Positions 18,343 through 29,079 of a stretch of DNA of 64,000 nt are shown here, piece by piece (the first letter of the stretch is position 1; every line of letters begins with the position of its first letter). Below the pieces are notes generated by a model that saw nothing but the letters and a program-made list of their open reading frames with translations, was not told where the DNA came from and made no database searches. A program made the translations under genes and the position numbers. The stretch is from positions 22,466-86,465 of the forward strand of contig CALRHC010000001.1 of the NCBI GenBank assembly GCA_943359335.1, written 5' to 3'. This DNA comes from Candidatus Yanofskybacteria bacterium. Its GTDB lineage: Bacteria > Patescibacteriota > Minisyncoccia > JACQLN01.

Positions 18343-19659
18343 TTAAAACTCCCCATCAAAAACTTTTACAGTAGAGTTTTCTAAAATATACAACTTAGAT
18401 TCTTTAGGTAAATAAATTACTTTATCAATTTTATTTTCTGGCCAAGAGGCGATATTTACATTGGAACGAGTGTCTATTTCTGCGGTTTTGAATAATTGTT
18501 CTTCGCTAAATAAAACATATTCGTCAAAGTGATGCCAAAACATTTCTCTTCTAATGGTTTCATTGCTTTGGTAAACTAACTCTTGATCGTTGGTTTTTTT
18601 AATTTGCCCGTTGGTTACTTCTTTTAACCAAATAACGCCAATATTTTTTCCGTTGGAATAAACAGCTTTGTCGCCTTCAAGGGAAAATTCTATAAAGTTT
18701 GGGTTTTCGAATTTAGTTTCACCCAAAGCCGAAATATTTTGTATGGCAGAATCCATCATTAAAAGTATGTTTGGGTTTTTAATAGCGATAATTTTGTTTT
18801 CAAATACATCGAAACTTTGAATGTTACTAAAGTTAAGATCGGTAACTTTTTCTTCTTTAACGTCTATTAAAAACAATTTAGCATCTATTAAGGCGATGAT
18901 GCTGTTTTTGCCAAACCATCTTAGTTCTGTTGGTAAAAACTTTGTAGGCAATGGTGTTGGGCTGGGGTTTTTTAATACTAGTTTTTTTTCGTATAGAGTT
19001 GTTAAGTTGGTAAACAAGTTACTAGTAGAATCGTAAAGATACCAGTTTTTAATAGCTCTTGTTGTTTCTCTTAAAACAATCAATTTTTGTGAATTCTTAG
19101 ACCAACCTTTATTGTTTTCTAAAAAGTTTACACTTTTATTTTTTAACTTATCTGGGAATTTTAATTCAGTCGAAGTGGCATTTATATTTGTTAAATCGCG
19201 CATTAAAATTTTTGCTGTATCTATTTTAATAGCAATAAGTTTTTTATCGTTAGAGATTGAAAAATCGTTTAAGCCTTGTGTTTCCGGCCAAACGATTTGG
19301 CTTTGTAATTGCTTAGGAAAGAGTATTACGTTTTCTGTGTTGGTTACTAAACCTGCGGTAACCTGAAATTCTTTTCCCCATGTTTGAAAAGTTTCTTTAG
19401 AAACATTAATAGTATATTTTTTTGAAGGTAAAAGATTTTTTATTAAAGCTGATCCTTTTTTATTGTAAACCTTACTGTTGTAAGTAATTTCTGTTTCTTT
19501 TGGATACGTTGATTTTACATAGATAGCTCCTGAAAGAACGAAGTTGTTATTTGAAAAATCCCAACGGTAACCTCGGGCGTACACAAGCAAGACAGAGCCT
19601 GCAGTTAAAAATATAACTACGGCTATGCCGAGCAAAATTCGTCTAATTCTTATAGTCAT
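18343..19659 (-). CDS. PEGA-domain membrane-anchored protein with probable beta-propeller
   Basis: N-terminal TM, YARGYRWD, GAIYVKSTYP, YTINVSKETFQTW. Confidence 0.7.
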   Translation of the reverse strand: MTIRIRRILLGIAVVIFLTAGSVLLVYARGYRWDFSNNNFVLSGAIYVKSTYPKETEITYNSKVYNKKGSALIKNLLPSKKYTINVSKETFQTWGKEFQVTAGLVTNTENVILFPKQLQSQIVWPETQGLNDFSISNDKKLIAIKIDTAKILMRDLTNINATSTELKFPDKLKNKSVNFLENNKGWSKNSQKLIVLRETTRAIKNWYLYDSTSNLFTNLTTLYEKKLVLKNPSPTPLPTKFLPTELRWFGKNSIIALIDAKLFLIDVKEEKVTDLNFSNIQSFDVFENKIIAIKNPNILLMMDSAIQNISALGETKFENPNFIEFSLEGDKAVYSNGKNIGVIWLKEVTNGQIKKTNDQELVYQSNETIRREMFWHHFDEYVLFSEEQLFKTAEIDTRSNVNIASWPENKIDKVIYLPKESKLYILENSTVKVFDGEF

Positions 19660-19753
19660 TTTATCGACTTTAAGTTAGCACACTTTTCTTTATTTGAAAA
19701 ACTCCAAAGTGATGTTAGGATAAAGGCCAGATTAGAGTCTTATTTTTGTAAAC

Positions 19754-20758
19754 ATGTCGGTAAAAATTGGAATTGATTTGGGAACCGCTAATATTTTGGT
19801 GTTTGTCCCGTCAAAAGGGATAGTTATTAACGAGCCTTCAGTGGTAGCGGTTTCTTTAGATGAAAACAAAATTATGGCGGTTGGGCACGAGGCTAAAGAG
19901 ATGATTGGTAGAACACACGAAGGTATTATAGCTGTTCGGCCCGTTAAAGATGGAGTTATTGCGGATTATCGTATAACCGAAGCTATGATTCGGCACTTTA
20001 TTAAAAAAATAACCGGCAGGTTTAGCTTTTTTAGGCCTGAAGTTATGGTGGCAGTTCCGGCTGGTGTAACATCAACCGAAAGACGGGCTGTTATAGAAGC
20101 TACACTTAAAGCAGGGGCTAAGGCAGCATATGTTGTTAAGGAACCAATTCTTGCTGCTTTAGGCGCTGGCATACCTATAAACGAAGCTTCGGGTAATATG
20201 ATAATAGATATAGGCGGAGGCACTACAGAGGTGGCTGTAATATCGTTAGGAGGGATTGTGGCGTGGGCATCGGCTCGTGTTGGGGGTAATGCAATTGATA
20301 CAGCTATTCAAAACTATATTCACAAGGTTCATAATTTAGCTGTAGGCGAGCGTACTGCCGAGCAAATTAAAATTGCAATAGGTTCTGCTGTGCCAAAAAA
20401 AGAAGAAGAAATTTTAGAGATTCGTGGCCGTGACCTCGTGGCTGGTTTGCCTAAAACCATAGAACTCCATTCCAACGAAATTCCTAAAGCCATAAAAGAT
20501 ACTTTGGCTGAAATTATAAAGACAGTAAAAATGGTTTTACAAGAAACTCCACCCGAGCTTTCCGCTGATATAATGGATAAAGGCATGATTATTTCTGGTG
20601 GTACAGCTTTATTGCGAAATTTGGATAGTTTAATAACTCAAGAAACTGGCGTGCCTTGTTATGTTGCCGATGATCCACTTTTCTGTGTGGTTAAAGGCAC
20701 AGGGATAGCTTTAGAAAATTTAGAATTATATAAAAGAGCGTTGTTTGCTAAGAGATAG
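19754..20758 (+). CDS. mreB: Rod shape-determining protein MreB/Mbl paralog 1
   Basis: IGIDLGTAN, EPSVVA, IDIGGGTTEVA, ETPPEL. Confidence 0.95.
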   Translation: MSVKIGIDLGTANILVFVPSKGIVINEPSVVAVSLDENKIMAVGHEAKEMIGRTHEGIIAVRPVKDGVIADYRITEAMIRHFIKKITGRFSFFRPEVMVAVPAGVTSTERRAVIEATLKAGAKAAYVVKEPILAALGAGIPINEASGNMIIDIGGGTTEVAVISLGGIVAWASARVGGNAIDTAIQNYIHKVHNLAVGERTAEQIKIAIGSAVPKKEEEILEIRGRDLVAGLPKTIELHSNEIPKAIKDTLAEIIKTVKMVLQETPPELSADIMDKGMIISGGTALLRNLDSLITQETGVPCYVADDPLFCVVKGTGIALENLELYKRALFAKR

Positions 20759-20828
20759 CTTCAAAAGCTTGTTAGCTTCTTTAGCTTGGTTAGGAAAATC
20801 TAAAAGCTAATGCAGCTAATGAAGCTAA
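20756..20828 (+). repeat. Gene-less AGCT-unit hairpin (mreB-holB junction)
   Basis: TAGCTTCAAAAGCTTGTTAGCTTCTTTAGCTTGGTTAGG-aaaat-CTAAAAGCTAATGCAGCTAATGAAGCTAA. Confidence 0.85.
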
Positions 20829-20834
20829 ATTTTA

Positions 20835-21581
20835 ATGTATTCTCGTCAACTAAAATATTTAGATCTAGTTTTAAAGAACAACGCAGTGCCTCACGCTTTT
20901 CTTTTTTATGGTTCCGATTTTAATTATCAAGTTAATTTAGCCAAAGATTTTTTAATAAAAATAAACAAAGCCGAAGATAAAAAACAAATAATAAACGAAT
21001 CTCATCCCGATACTATTTTTATAAGCCGTGAAGATGAAAAAAAAGAAATAGGCATTGCTCAAATGAGGCGTCTTAAGGATTTTGCATCTTTAACCTCGAA
21101 CCACCTTAAATGTAAGGGTATTTTTATAAAGGAAGCTGAATATTTAAACGAAGAGTCTTGGAACGCGCTTTTAAAAACACTAGAAGAACCAATGGGTAAT
21201 AGTATTATCTTTATTCTTTCTAGTAACATTAAAAACATACCAAAAACTATTGTTTCTCGGGTTGTGAGCTTACCTTTTTATAATGAGGATATTTTAAACA
21301 AAGTCCATAGTCCAAAAGATGATATAATTATTACTAAGCTTTGCAGTATAGAAAAACTTGCTTTTGCAGAAAGAATTGATTTAGCAGAAGAAATAGCAAA
21401 AAAAGAAAATTTTTTTCCGTTATTAGACACTTGGCTAATTAAATTAAGATCAGATTTGCTAGTTAATAATAAAAAAGAAACAGCCGAGTTTATGGAAAGT
21501 TTGGCTAAAGCAAAAAATATTTTACTTTCGACCAACGTAAATACCCGTTTAGTTTTGGAGAATTTATTTTTTAGGGTTTAG
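20835..21581 (+). CDS. holB: DNA polymerase III delta' subunit
   Basis: PHAFLFYG, HPD, NALLKTLEEP, TIVSR. Confidence 0.88.
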   Translation: MYSRQLKYLDLVLKNNAVPHAFLFYGSDFNYQVNLAKDFLIKINKAEDKKQIINESHPDTIFISREDEKKEIGIAQMRRLKDFASLTSNHLKCKGIFIKEAEYLNEESWNALLKTLEEPMGNSIIFILSSNIKNIPKTIVSRVVSLPFYNEDILNKVHSPKDDIIITKLCSIEKLAFAERIDLAEEIAKKENFFPLLDTWLIKLRSDLLVNNKKETAEFMESLAKAKNILLSTNVNTRLVLENLFFRV

Positions 21582-21624
21582 TTTAGGATTTAAAAAGTTT
21601 TAAGTTATAGGTTACAAGATTTTT

Positions 21625-22761
21625 ATGGCTGGGTTATTAAAATTTATAATTTTCGCTGCTATCGTAGGTTCATTAGCCCTCTTTTTTGGGCAGATCTATT
21701 TTGGCCAATTTTTAAACCCACAAGGAGGTTTTTTTGTTAGCGCAGATAGAGGTACTACATGGAAAAAAATAGGTTTATTGGCCACAGGAGGGAGCATAAA
21801 TAGATTAAATATTTTAGAAATAAAATCTAACCCTAAAGATTCTAGAATCTTATACGCTATTACTTTAGGTGCCGGAGTTTTAAAAAGTGTAGATGGTGGA
21901 GAGGTTTGGTATAAATTAGGAGATAAAAATAATATTTTGATTCCTCGGGCAAATGTTCTTGCTTTAGCTACGGATTATCGTTACCCAGATTACAATAAAG
22001 ATATTCCGGATAAATTTTATTTAGCGGTTTATCAAAATAAATCTGGAAAAGTTTTAAAAACGGAAGATGGTGGTATTTCGTTTAAAGAAGTTTACATAAC
22101 CTCTCGTTCGGGTTTTCCTGTTTATGATGTAGCTTTGGACCCACGTAACCCAAATATTGTTTGGGTGGCTACGGGCGAGGGAAATTTATTAAAAAGCCCA
22201 GATGGTGGCGCAACTTGGAAGTTAGTGCAGGAATTTGGCAAAGCCATAAGTTTTTTGTTAATTAATCCTTCTAACCCAAGCTCAATGCTAGTTACTACTT
22301 TTACCGGAAGTATTTTTACTTCGCAAGATGGTGGTGCTACGTGGACAGACGATACCGAAGGAATTATATCTTTTAAAAATGCTCGTTTAATAGAAAAAGT
22401 TTTATATAACCCAACTGACGGTGGAGTTTATTTAACAAGTAAATTTGGTTTAATAAAATCTTATGATTTTGGCATAAACTGGCAGGCGATGGATGTTGTT
22501 ACCGCTAACGATATTTTACCTGCAACCGATGTTGCCTTTGGGCGGTTGTTAGGTTCGCAAAATGTTTATGTTTCTGCCAGCAACTTTATTTATTCTAGTA
22601 AAGATGGCGGAAAATTTTGGCAAATACGAAAACTTGGCACCGCTAGGCAAATTAGAACTTTATGGGTTGATCCTAAAAACCCAGATAAAATAATCGTTGG
22701 AACCAGTGGTTCTGGCAAGAAAGCTAAAAGTTCGTTGTTTATGTTTCCTACTGGGAAATAG
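21625..22761 (+). CDS. BNR/Asp-box repeat beta-propeller surface protein
   Basis: Repeated S-x-D-G-G-x-(T/F)-W motifs; N-terminal TM. Confidence 0.85.
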   Translation: MAGLLKFIIFAAIVGSLALFFGQIYFGQFLNPQGGFFVSADRGTTWKKIGLLATGGSINRLNILEIKSNPKDSRILYAITLGAGVLKSVDGGEVWYKLGDKNNILIPRANVLALATDYRYPDYNKDIPDKFYLAVYQNKSGKVLKTEDGGISFKEVYITSRSGFPVYDVALDPRNPNIVWVATGEGNLLKSPDGGATWKLVQEFGKAISFLLINPSNPSSMLVTTFTGSIFTSQDGGATWTDDTEGIISFKNARLIEKVLYNPTDGGVYLTSKFGLIKSYDFGINWQAMDVVTANDILPATDVAFGRLLGSQNVYVSASNFIYSSKDGGKFWQIRKLGTARQIRTLWVDPKNPDKIIVGTSGSGKKAKSSLFMFPTGK

Positions 22762-22827
22762 TAGAAATTTATCGAAGTTCCATGGTTTATACTAAAAACA
22801 TTTTCATGCTATGCTAATTTTATTAGT

Positions 22828-23358
22828 ATGGAGACACAAGAATTTAAAATTAAACTAAAAGAAGTCGCTACATTTTTGGCGAACGAACTATCAAAAGTGC
22901 GCAGTAACCGTGCTTCACCAGCTTTAGTGGAAGATATATCGGTAGATTATTTTGGCAATAAGACTCCAATAAAGGGTATTGCTAGCATAAGTTCATTAGA
23001 CGCTAGAACCTTGGTTATAGAACCTTGGGATAAAAGTGCCTTGGAACCAATTGCAAAGGCTATTGCCAATGCTAGTATTGGCGCGCAACCTATTGTAGAT
23101 AGCAAAAGCGTTAGATTAAGCTTGCCACAATTAACTCAAGAGCGTAGGCAAGAACTTATAAAATTGGTTTCTCAAAAAATGGAAGAAGCAAAAATAAGAG
23201 CTCGCAGATTGCGTGATGATGCCGTAAAAAGCGCCCAGCAAGAAAAATCCGAAGATATTAAGTTTAGAAAGAAAGACGAAATCGAAAAGGCGATGAAAGA
23301 AAATAATCAGGCTTTGGAAGATTTAAAAAGTAAAAAAGAGAAAGAGTTAATGAACTAG
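22828..23358 (+). CDS. frr: Ribosome recycling factor
   Basis: RSNRASP, VDYFG, PQLTQERRQEL. Confidence 0.95.
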   Translation: METQEFKIKLKEVATFLANELSKVRSNRASPALVEDISVDYFGNKTPIKGIASISSLDARTLVIEPWDKSALEPIAKAIANASIGAQPIVDSKSVRLSLPQLTQERRQELIKLVSQKMEEAKIRARRLRDDAVKSAQQEKSEDIKFRKKDEIEKAMKENNQALEDLKSKKEKELMN

Positions 23359-23427
23359 CTTTCAGCTTCATTAGCTTTTAGGAAACTACCTATAAGCTAA
23401 CGAAGCTAACGAAGCTAACGAAGCTAA
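23356..23427 (+). repeat. Gene-less AGCT-unit hairpin (frr-rseP junction)
   Basis: TAGCTTTCAGCTTCATTAGCTTTTAGG-aaacta-CCTATAAGCTAACGAAGCTAACGAAGCTAACGAAGCTAA. Confidence 0.85.
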
Positions 23428-23429
23428 TC

Positions 23430-24509
23430 ATGACAGTTTTAATATTTTTTATTGTATTATCTGTTCTAGTTCTGGCTCATGAATATGGCCATTACATAAC
23501 TGCTAAGCGCGCCGGCGCTAAGGTGGAGGAATTTGGTTTTGGTTTTCCGCCTAAAATTTTCTCTATAAAAAGGGGCGATACTGTTTTTTCTTTTAATTTA
23601 ATTCCCTTTGGCGGTTTTGTAAAAATATTTGGTGAATCTGGCGAACACAGAAACGAAGTTGGTAGTTTTTCGTCTTTAAAAATATCTAAACGAGCTAAAA
23701 TAGTTTGTGCCGGTGTTTTTATGAACTTGGTTTTAGCCTATGTGCTATTAAGTTTCGGAAATTTAATGGGCAGGCCAATGATTTTAGATGAAACAAATAG
23801 TGCTAAAGCTACTAATATTAAAATTCAAATAACTGCACTTTCCGAAAATTCTCCCGCATCAAGTAATGGTATTAAAGTGGGTGATTCTGTTATGGGTATA
23901 AAGTTAACCGATGGCACATTAAAAACATTTCCCGAAGTTTCCGAATTTAGATCTTTTGTAGAAAGCGAAGCCGGAAAAGAAATAAATTTAGTTTTATTGC
24001 GAGGCAAAGAAAATATAGATATTAAAATTACTCCACGTGTTAACCCGCCAGAAAACGAAGGTGCTTTGGGTGTGGCTCTAGCTAAAACTGGTTTGGTTAA
24101 ATCGCCGTGGTACTTATTTTTATGGAGCGGATTAAAAGATTTAGGCTTTATGGTTTGGATGATCGGATCCGCACTACTTTTATTTTTTAAAACTTTATTT
24201 ATTGAGGGCAGGGTAATGGGTGAAATTACAGGGCCAATAGGCATAGCTTCTTTAACGGGCGAGGCTTACAACATGGGTATAGTTTATTTGTTAAATTTAG
24301 TAGCCATACTTTCTGTTAATTTGGCTATACTAAACATAATGCCTTTTCCGGCGCTTGATGGTGGCAGGTTAGTGTTTTTAATCATAGAAAAAATAAAGGG
24401 CTCGCCTTTAAGCCAAAAATTTGAAAATACAGTAAACGTTGCTGGGTTTATTTTGTTACTTGCACTAATGTTTTTTGTAACTTGGAAAGATATAGTTAAA
24501 TTTTTCTAA
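23430..24509 (+). CDS. rseP: RseP-like site-2 intramembrane metalloprotease (M50) with PDZ
   Basis: HEYGH, FGFGFPP, GGFVKI, NIMPFPALDGG. Confidence 0.93.
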   Translation: MTVLIFFIVLSVLVLAHEYGHYITAKRAGAKVEEFGFGFPPKIFSIKRGDTVFSFNLIPFGGFVKIFGESGEHRNEVGSFSSLKISKRAKIVCAGVFMNLVLAYVLLSFGNLMGRPMILDETNSAKATNIKIQITALSENSPASSNGIKVGDSVMGIKLTDGTLKTFPEVSEFRSFVESEAGKEINLVLLRGKENIDIKITPRVNPPENEGALGVALAKTGLVKSPWYLFLWSGLKDLGFMVWMIGSALLLFFKTLFIEGRVMGEITGPIGIASLTGEAYNMGIVYLLNLVAILSVNLAILNIMPFPALDGGRLVFLIIEKIKGSPLSQKFENTVNVAGFILLLALMFFVTWKDIVKFF

Positions 24510-24515
24510 TACTTT

Positions 24516-24605
24516 ATCAAAATATCACTCCTCGCAGACGACACGGAGGCCTCTCAATTGTAGAATCGGTCATCTCCGTGATGCTACTCGGATTGATGTT
24601 TTGAT
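24516..24605 (+). repeat. Structured dispersed repeat, copy A
   Basis: Shares blocks and covarying stems with 39789-39909. Confidence 0.75.
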
Positions 24606-24653
24606 TTTCATGCTATATATAAAAAGCCCCGACAAAGGTCGAGGCTTACTCTT

Positions 24654-25073
24654 TTAACAACACAACTTGGTTTGAGATTTTTTTCTTAATATTATACTTG
24701 TTACTACATCTGAACTTGGAGATTTTGTTTCGTGGGGCATTAGTATTTGGCCCACACATACAGGCATAGTTATATCAATTCCCCCAATTTCTGTATTGTG
24801 TATATGAAGGGCTTTTATTGTAACTTCGCAAATACTCCAGATATTTCCAGTCTTACATAGTTTACAGAAGATCTCCGATTCAGCCGGCCAGTGTTCGGGA
24901 AAAATCTTTATTCTGGCTTCTTTGGTATGGCCATGGATCTTTTTCGGCTTCACATATTCCAGTTCAGCTTTTGCTATGGGCATCCAACCATCCAGTGTGC
25001 CTATAAACAAGTCGTCTAGTCTTACTAAGAGTCTGCAAATTTCTAGTGTCATAGAGCCGATTATATGCCTCAT
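24654..25073 (-). CDS. Hypothetical protein (orphan cassette)
   Basis: 139-aa ORF, GGGGAG SD, TTGACA upstream, hairpin 24624-24647 downstream. Confidence 0.55.
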   Translation of the reverse strand: MRHIIGSMTLEICRLLVRLDDLFIGTLDGWMPIAKAELEYVKPKKIHGHTKEARIKIFPEHWPAESEIFCKLCKTGNIWSICEVTIKALHIHNTEIGGIDITMPVCVGQILMPHETKSPSSDVVTSIILRKKSQTKLCC

Positions 25074-25211
25074 AACAATTTTCTCCCCGTTTAGTGTGTT
25101 TGAAAGAACTTTAATAAAATAACACTTAGTTTATTTTTTGTCAAAATAATTGTCAGGTGTCGAATGGAGTGTTAAAATCTATCAATTATTAGAATCTAGA
25201 CTATTTATTTT

Positions 25212-26462
25212 ATGCGTTACTCTCAATCGTTTATAAATACTCGTCGGGACGATCCAAAGGACGAAACAGCCACAAATGCTCGTTTGTTAATTCGTGGTGG
25301 TTTTATAGACAAGCTTATGGCTGGTTCTTACACCTTCCTGCCTTTAGGTTGGCGGGTTTATCAAAAAATAGAACAGATTGTTCGCGAAGAAATGAATGCT
25401 GTTGGTAGTGGCGAAATTTTAATGCCACTGCTTCATCCACGCGATGTTTGGAATGAGACTGGTCGCTGGGCGGATCCAAACGTTAAACAGATAATGTATC
25501 AGTTTAAATCCGTAGATGAAAAAGAATATGGACTTTCGTTTACACACGAAGAAATATTTTTAGATGTTGTTCGCAAAAATTCTTTAAGTTACAAGAATTT
25601 ACCAATAAAGCTTTATCATTTTTCTACCAAGTTTAGAAACGAACCTCGGGCGAAATCTGGTTTATTGCGTGGCCGTGAATTTATAATGAAAGATTTATAT
25701 AGCTTGCACGCTACTCAAGACGATTTAGATAAATTTTATTGGGAAGTTAAAGATGCATACTTACGTGTGTTTGATCGGGTTGGATTAAAAGATGTTAAGG
25801 TGGTTGAAGCTTCGGGTGGAGTTTTTACTTCTGGGCATACACACGAATTTCAGCTAGTAAGCCCAGTAGGTGAAGATAATATTTATTTTTGCGATAAATG
25901 TGATTGGGCACAAAACAAAGAAATTTATACACATAAAATTGGCGAAGCTTGCCCAAAGTGTGGCGGACAAGTTGAAGAAGCAAGCTCCATTGAAGTTGGA
26001 AATATTTTTAGATTTGGTACGGTATATTCCGAAAAAATGGGAATTAATTTTAAAGATTCCGATGGTAAAGATAATCCACCATATTTAGGTAGTTATGGTA
26101 TAGGTATGAGCCGTTTGGTTGGAGTTTTGGCCGAAGTATTTAATGATGAAGCTGGAATGAAGTGGCCAAAAAGTGTGGCTCCATTTTTGATCCACCTTAC
26201 TTTTTTGGGTGGCGCTAAAGATGAAGCCGAAAAATTATATAAATCTTTAGCCCAAAAGAATATGGATGTTTTATGGGATGATCGCGAAGAGTCTGCTGGA
26301 GTAAAGTTGTCGGATGCAGATTTAATTGGTATTCCTTATAGAGTAATTGTTAGCGATAAAACTTTGGCTAAAGATAGTGTAGAAATAAAAGAAAGAGGTA
26401 GTGATAAAGTAGAGATGGTTAAATTGGATGAATTGTCTTCTTGGTTGGAAAGGTTAGAGTAG
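25212..26462 (+). CDS. proS: Proline--tRNA ligase (short, no editing insert)
   Basis: LLIRGGFI, KFRNEPRAKSGLLRGREFIMKD, SIEVGNIF, SYGIGMSR. Confidence 0.96.
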   Translation: MRYSQSFINTRRDDPKDETATNARLLIRGGFIDKLMAGSYTFLPLGWRVYQKIEQIVREEMNAVGSGEILMPLLHPRDVWNETGRWADPNVKQIMYQFKSVDEKEYGLSFTHEEIFLDVVRKNSLSYKNLPIKLYHFSTKFRNEPRAKSGLLRGREFIMKDLYSLHATQDDLDKFYWEVKDAYLRVFDRVGLKDVKVVEASGGVFTSGHTHEFQLVSPVGEDNIYFCDKCDWAQNKEIYTHKIGEACPKCGGQVEEASSIEVGNIFRFGTVYSEKMGINFKDSDGKDNPPYLGSYGIGMSRLVGVLAEVFNDEAGMKWPKSVAPFLIHLTFLGGAKDEAEKLYKSLAQKNMDVLWDDREESAGVKLSDADLIGIPYRVIVSDKTLAKDSVEIKERGSDKVEMVKLDELSSWLERLE

Positions 26463-26468
26463 ATTTTT

Positions 26469-27530
26469 ATGTATTTACTGAATAAATTTTTTGGTCATTT
26501 TGCTAAAGATATAGGTGTTGATCTGGGAACAGTCAACACCCTTATTTATGTTAAGGATAGAGGTATTGTTGTTAACGAACCTTCTTTAGTTGCGGTTAAT
26601 AAAAAAACAGGGCAAGTTTTGGCAATTGGTAGGGAAGCTAAAAAAATGTTGGGGCGAACTCCTAATCATATTATAGCTATTAAGCCTTTGGCTAACGGAG
26701 TAATTTCCGATTTTGAAGTGACAGAACAAATGCTTAAACATTTTTTCCAAAAAGTTCATGGAGAATCTTTTTATATGGTGCCTCGGCCAAGGGTTGTTAT
26801 TGGAATTCCATCGGGTGTAACCGAAGTAGAAAAAAGAGCTGTCGAGGAAGCTGCGCGCAACGCCGGCGCTAGAGAGGTTATGTTAGTAGAAGAACCCGTG
26901 GCTGCGGCATTAGGCGCTAGATTACCTGTACAGGAGGCACTTGGTAATATGATTGTAGATATTGGTGGCGGTACCACCGAAGTTGCTGTTATTTCTTTGG
27001 GTGGCTTAGTGGCTGGAAGAAGTTTAAGGGTAGCGGGAGAAAAATTAAACGAAGATATTATTCAGATGGCTCGGGACGATCATAGCTTGCTTTTGGGGCC
27101 TCGTTCAGCAGAAGAAATTAAAATAGCAGTTGGTAGTGTAGTAGATTTAAGCGAAAAATTGGAAACTGTTATGCGTGGCCGCGATTTAATAACTGGTTTA
27201 CCAAAAGAAGTTATAGTAACCTCAAAAGATGTAAAAAAAGCTATATCAAAATCGGTTAAAACTATTGTAGATATGGTTCGCGAAATTGTTGAAAAAACTC
27301 CGCCGGAACTTTTAGGTGATATTATGAAACGTGGAATTGTTTTGGCCGGTGGTGGTAGCTTGTTACGTGGTATAGATGAATTAATAAATAAAGAAACGGG
27401 AATTGTTGTTAAAGTTGCCGATGATCCCTTAACTGCCGTGGCTCGTGGCACGGGGATAATTTTAGAAGATACAGAAAAATACAAAGAACTTTTGGCTTCG
27501 AGGGATTATGTTACTGCGCCAAAAGATTAA
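26469..27530 (+). CDS. mreB: Rod shape-determining protein MreB paralog 2
   Basis: DIGVDLGT, VDIGGGTTEVA, KTPPEL; adjacent mreC. Confidence 0.96.
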   Translation: MYLLNKFFGHFAKDIGVDLGTVNTLIYVKDRGIVVNEPSLVAVNKKTGQVLAIGREAKKMLGRTPNHIIAIKPLANGVISDFEVTEQMLKHFFQKVHGESFYMVPRPRVVIGIPSGVTEVEKRAVEEAARNAGAREVMLVEEPVAAALGARLPVQEALGNMIVDIGGGTTEVAVISLGGLVAGRSLRVAGEKLNEDIIQMARDDHSLLLGPRSAEEIKIAVGSVVDLSEKLETVMRGRDLITGLPKEVIVTSKDVKKAISKSVKTIVDMVREIVEKTPPELLGDIMKRGIVLAGGGSLLRGIDELINKETGIVVKVADDPLTAVARGTGIILEDTEKYKELLASRDYVTAPKD

Positions 27531-27532
27531 TT

Positions 27533-28327
27533 ATGTCTAATTGGCAGAAAATTGCTATAACCCTTTTTACAGCGACTATTTTATTTTTTTTAGATAAAGC
27601 TGGTTTTTTTAATTTTTCTGTAAATTTACTAAATCGTTTTGGAGTGGCTCCAATTACAAGATCGGTTTTTTATTTAGGCAAGGAAAGCAGTTTTTTATTT
27701 AAAAATATTTTTGGTGTAAGAGATTTAATAAAAGAAAATATCTTTTTAAAAAGTGAAAGAGATTTTTTTAGGGGAGAATATTTTAAAATTCTGCAGTTAA
27801 AAGAAGAAAACGATTTTTTGCGTAAAGCTTTAAGTTTGGGCCAAAAAGAATCTAAAAAAATAATTTTTGCAGACACTCTTTCGCTAGACCCATTCCAAGC
27901 TAGTGATTCTTTATTAGTAAATAAAGGTTTTAAAGATGGGGTTGGTGTGGGTGATTCGGTAATTCTTTCTGGAAATATTTTAGTTGGTCGGATAAAGGAA
28001 GTTTTTGCTAAAGAGAGTAGGGTTACCTTAGTAACATCAGCTCAAAATAAAGTTACGGTTGCTTCCGAAGACAGTGGGGTTAAGGGTGTAATAACGGGTT
28101 CTGCTAGTGGCGTGCTTAATTTAGATCTTGTTTTAAAAGAATCGGAATTAATAAGTGGGCAGATCCTCTTAAGTTCTGGGTTGGATGGTTTTTTTAAAGG
28201 TGGTTTTTTAGTAGGAGAGGTTGTTAAGGTTAGTAATAGCGATTCTGATCCTTTTAAAAAAGCTTTAGTGCGACCATTCTTTAATTCTAAGGATTTAAAA
28301 CAAGTTTTCATTATTGTTTCCGAATAG
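27533..28327 (+). CDS. mreC: Rod shape-determining protein MreC
   Basis: TM, coiled coil LKEENDFLRKAL, VNKG..DGV, LVGRI, SSGLDG. Confidence 0.9.
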   Translation: MSNWQKIAITLFTATILFFLDKAGFFNFSVNLLNRFGVAPITRSVFYLGKESSFLFKNIFGVRDLIKENIFLKSERDFFRGEYFKILQLKEENDFLRKALSLGQKESKKIIFADTLSLDPFQASDSLLVNKGFKDGVGVGDSVILSGNILVGRIKEVFAKESRVTLVTSAQNKVTVASEDSGVKGVITGSASGVLNLDLVLKESELISGQILLSSGLDGFFKGGFLVGEVVKVSNSDSDPFKKALVRPFFNSKDLKQVFIIVSE

Positions 28328-28385
28328 TTGCTTATTTGTATTTTTTCTTGCTAAGATTCTTAAATAATTTAAATACCATTATCAA

Positions 28386-29075
28386 ATGGAACCACAACAA
28401 GAAACCACTCAATCTGTAAAAAGCTCTCTTTCGGTCCCGCTCTCTATTGTAGTAGCCGGCTTATTAATAGCGGGGGCTGTTTGGTTTAGGGGTACAGGAA
28501 ATATAGATACCACAGCTCAAGTTGGTACGAAGCCCGTTAAGGTTGATTTAGGTAACTTGCCTGTTTTAGGAGATGAAAATGCAAAAATAACCATAATAGA
28601 ATTTGCGGATTATCAATGTCCATATTGCGAAGCTTTTTTTACTCAAGTTGAACCAATACTAAGAGAAGAATATGTAAAAAAAGGGCTAGTTAAGGTGCAG
28701 TGGCGAGATTTTGCTTTTTTGGGTCCTGAATCTTTTTGGGCAGCCGAAGCAGCAAGGTGTGCTAACGATCAAGGAAAGTTTTGGCAATATCATGACTTGT
28801 TGTTAAATAGGCAAAAAGGAGAAAATGAAGGTGCTTTTAGTAAAGAAAATTTAAAAACCTTTGCCGGCGAACTTGGTTTAAATACAGCAGATTTTGATTC
28901 TTGTTTAGACACAGGCAAATATGTTCAAACTGTTAAGGATGACACCGATTATGGCCGTTCGGTTGGCGTTACTGGTACGCCAGGAACATTTATAAACGGC
29001 GAACAAGTTGTTGGTGTAGATAGAAATGATCCGTTTACTCAGTTTAAAGTTGTAATAGATAAATATTTAAAATAA
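28386..29075 (+). CDS. DsbA/thioredoxin-fold membrane-anchored protein
   Basis: EFADYQCPYC, cis-Pro loop GTPGTFING. Confidence 0.92.
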   Translation: MEPQQETTQSVKSSLSVPLSIVVAGLLIAGAVWFRGTGNIDTTAQVGTKPVKVDLGNLPVLGDENAKITIIEFADYQCPYCEAFFTQVEPILREEYVKKGLVKVQWRDFAFLGPESFWAAEAARCANDQGKFWQYHDLLLNRQKGENEGAFSKENLKTFAGELGLNTADFDSCLDTGKYVQTVKDDTDYGRSVGVTGTPGTFINGEQVVGVDRNDPFTQFKVVIDKYLK

Positions 29076-29079
29076 CTTA

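Noticed and set aside
19754-27530. Two mreB copies as novel
   Set aside because: Multiple MreB paralogs are common in CPR and Firmicutes
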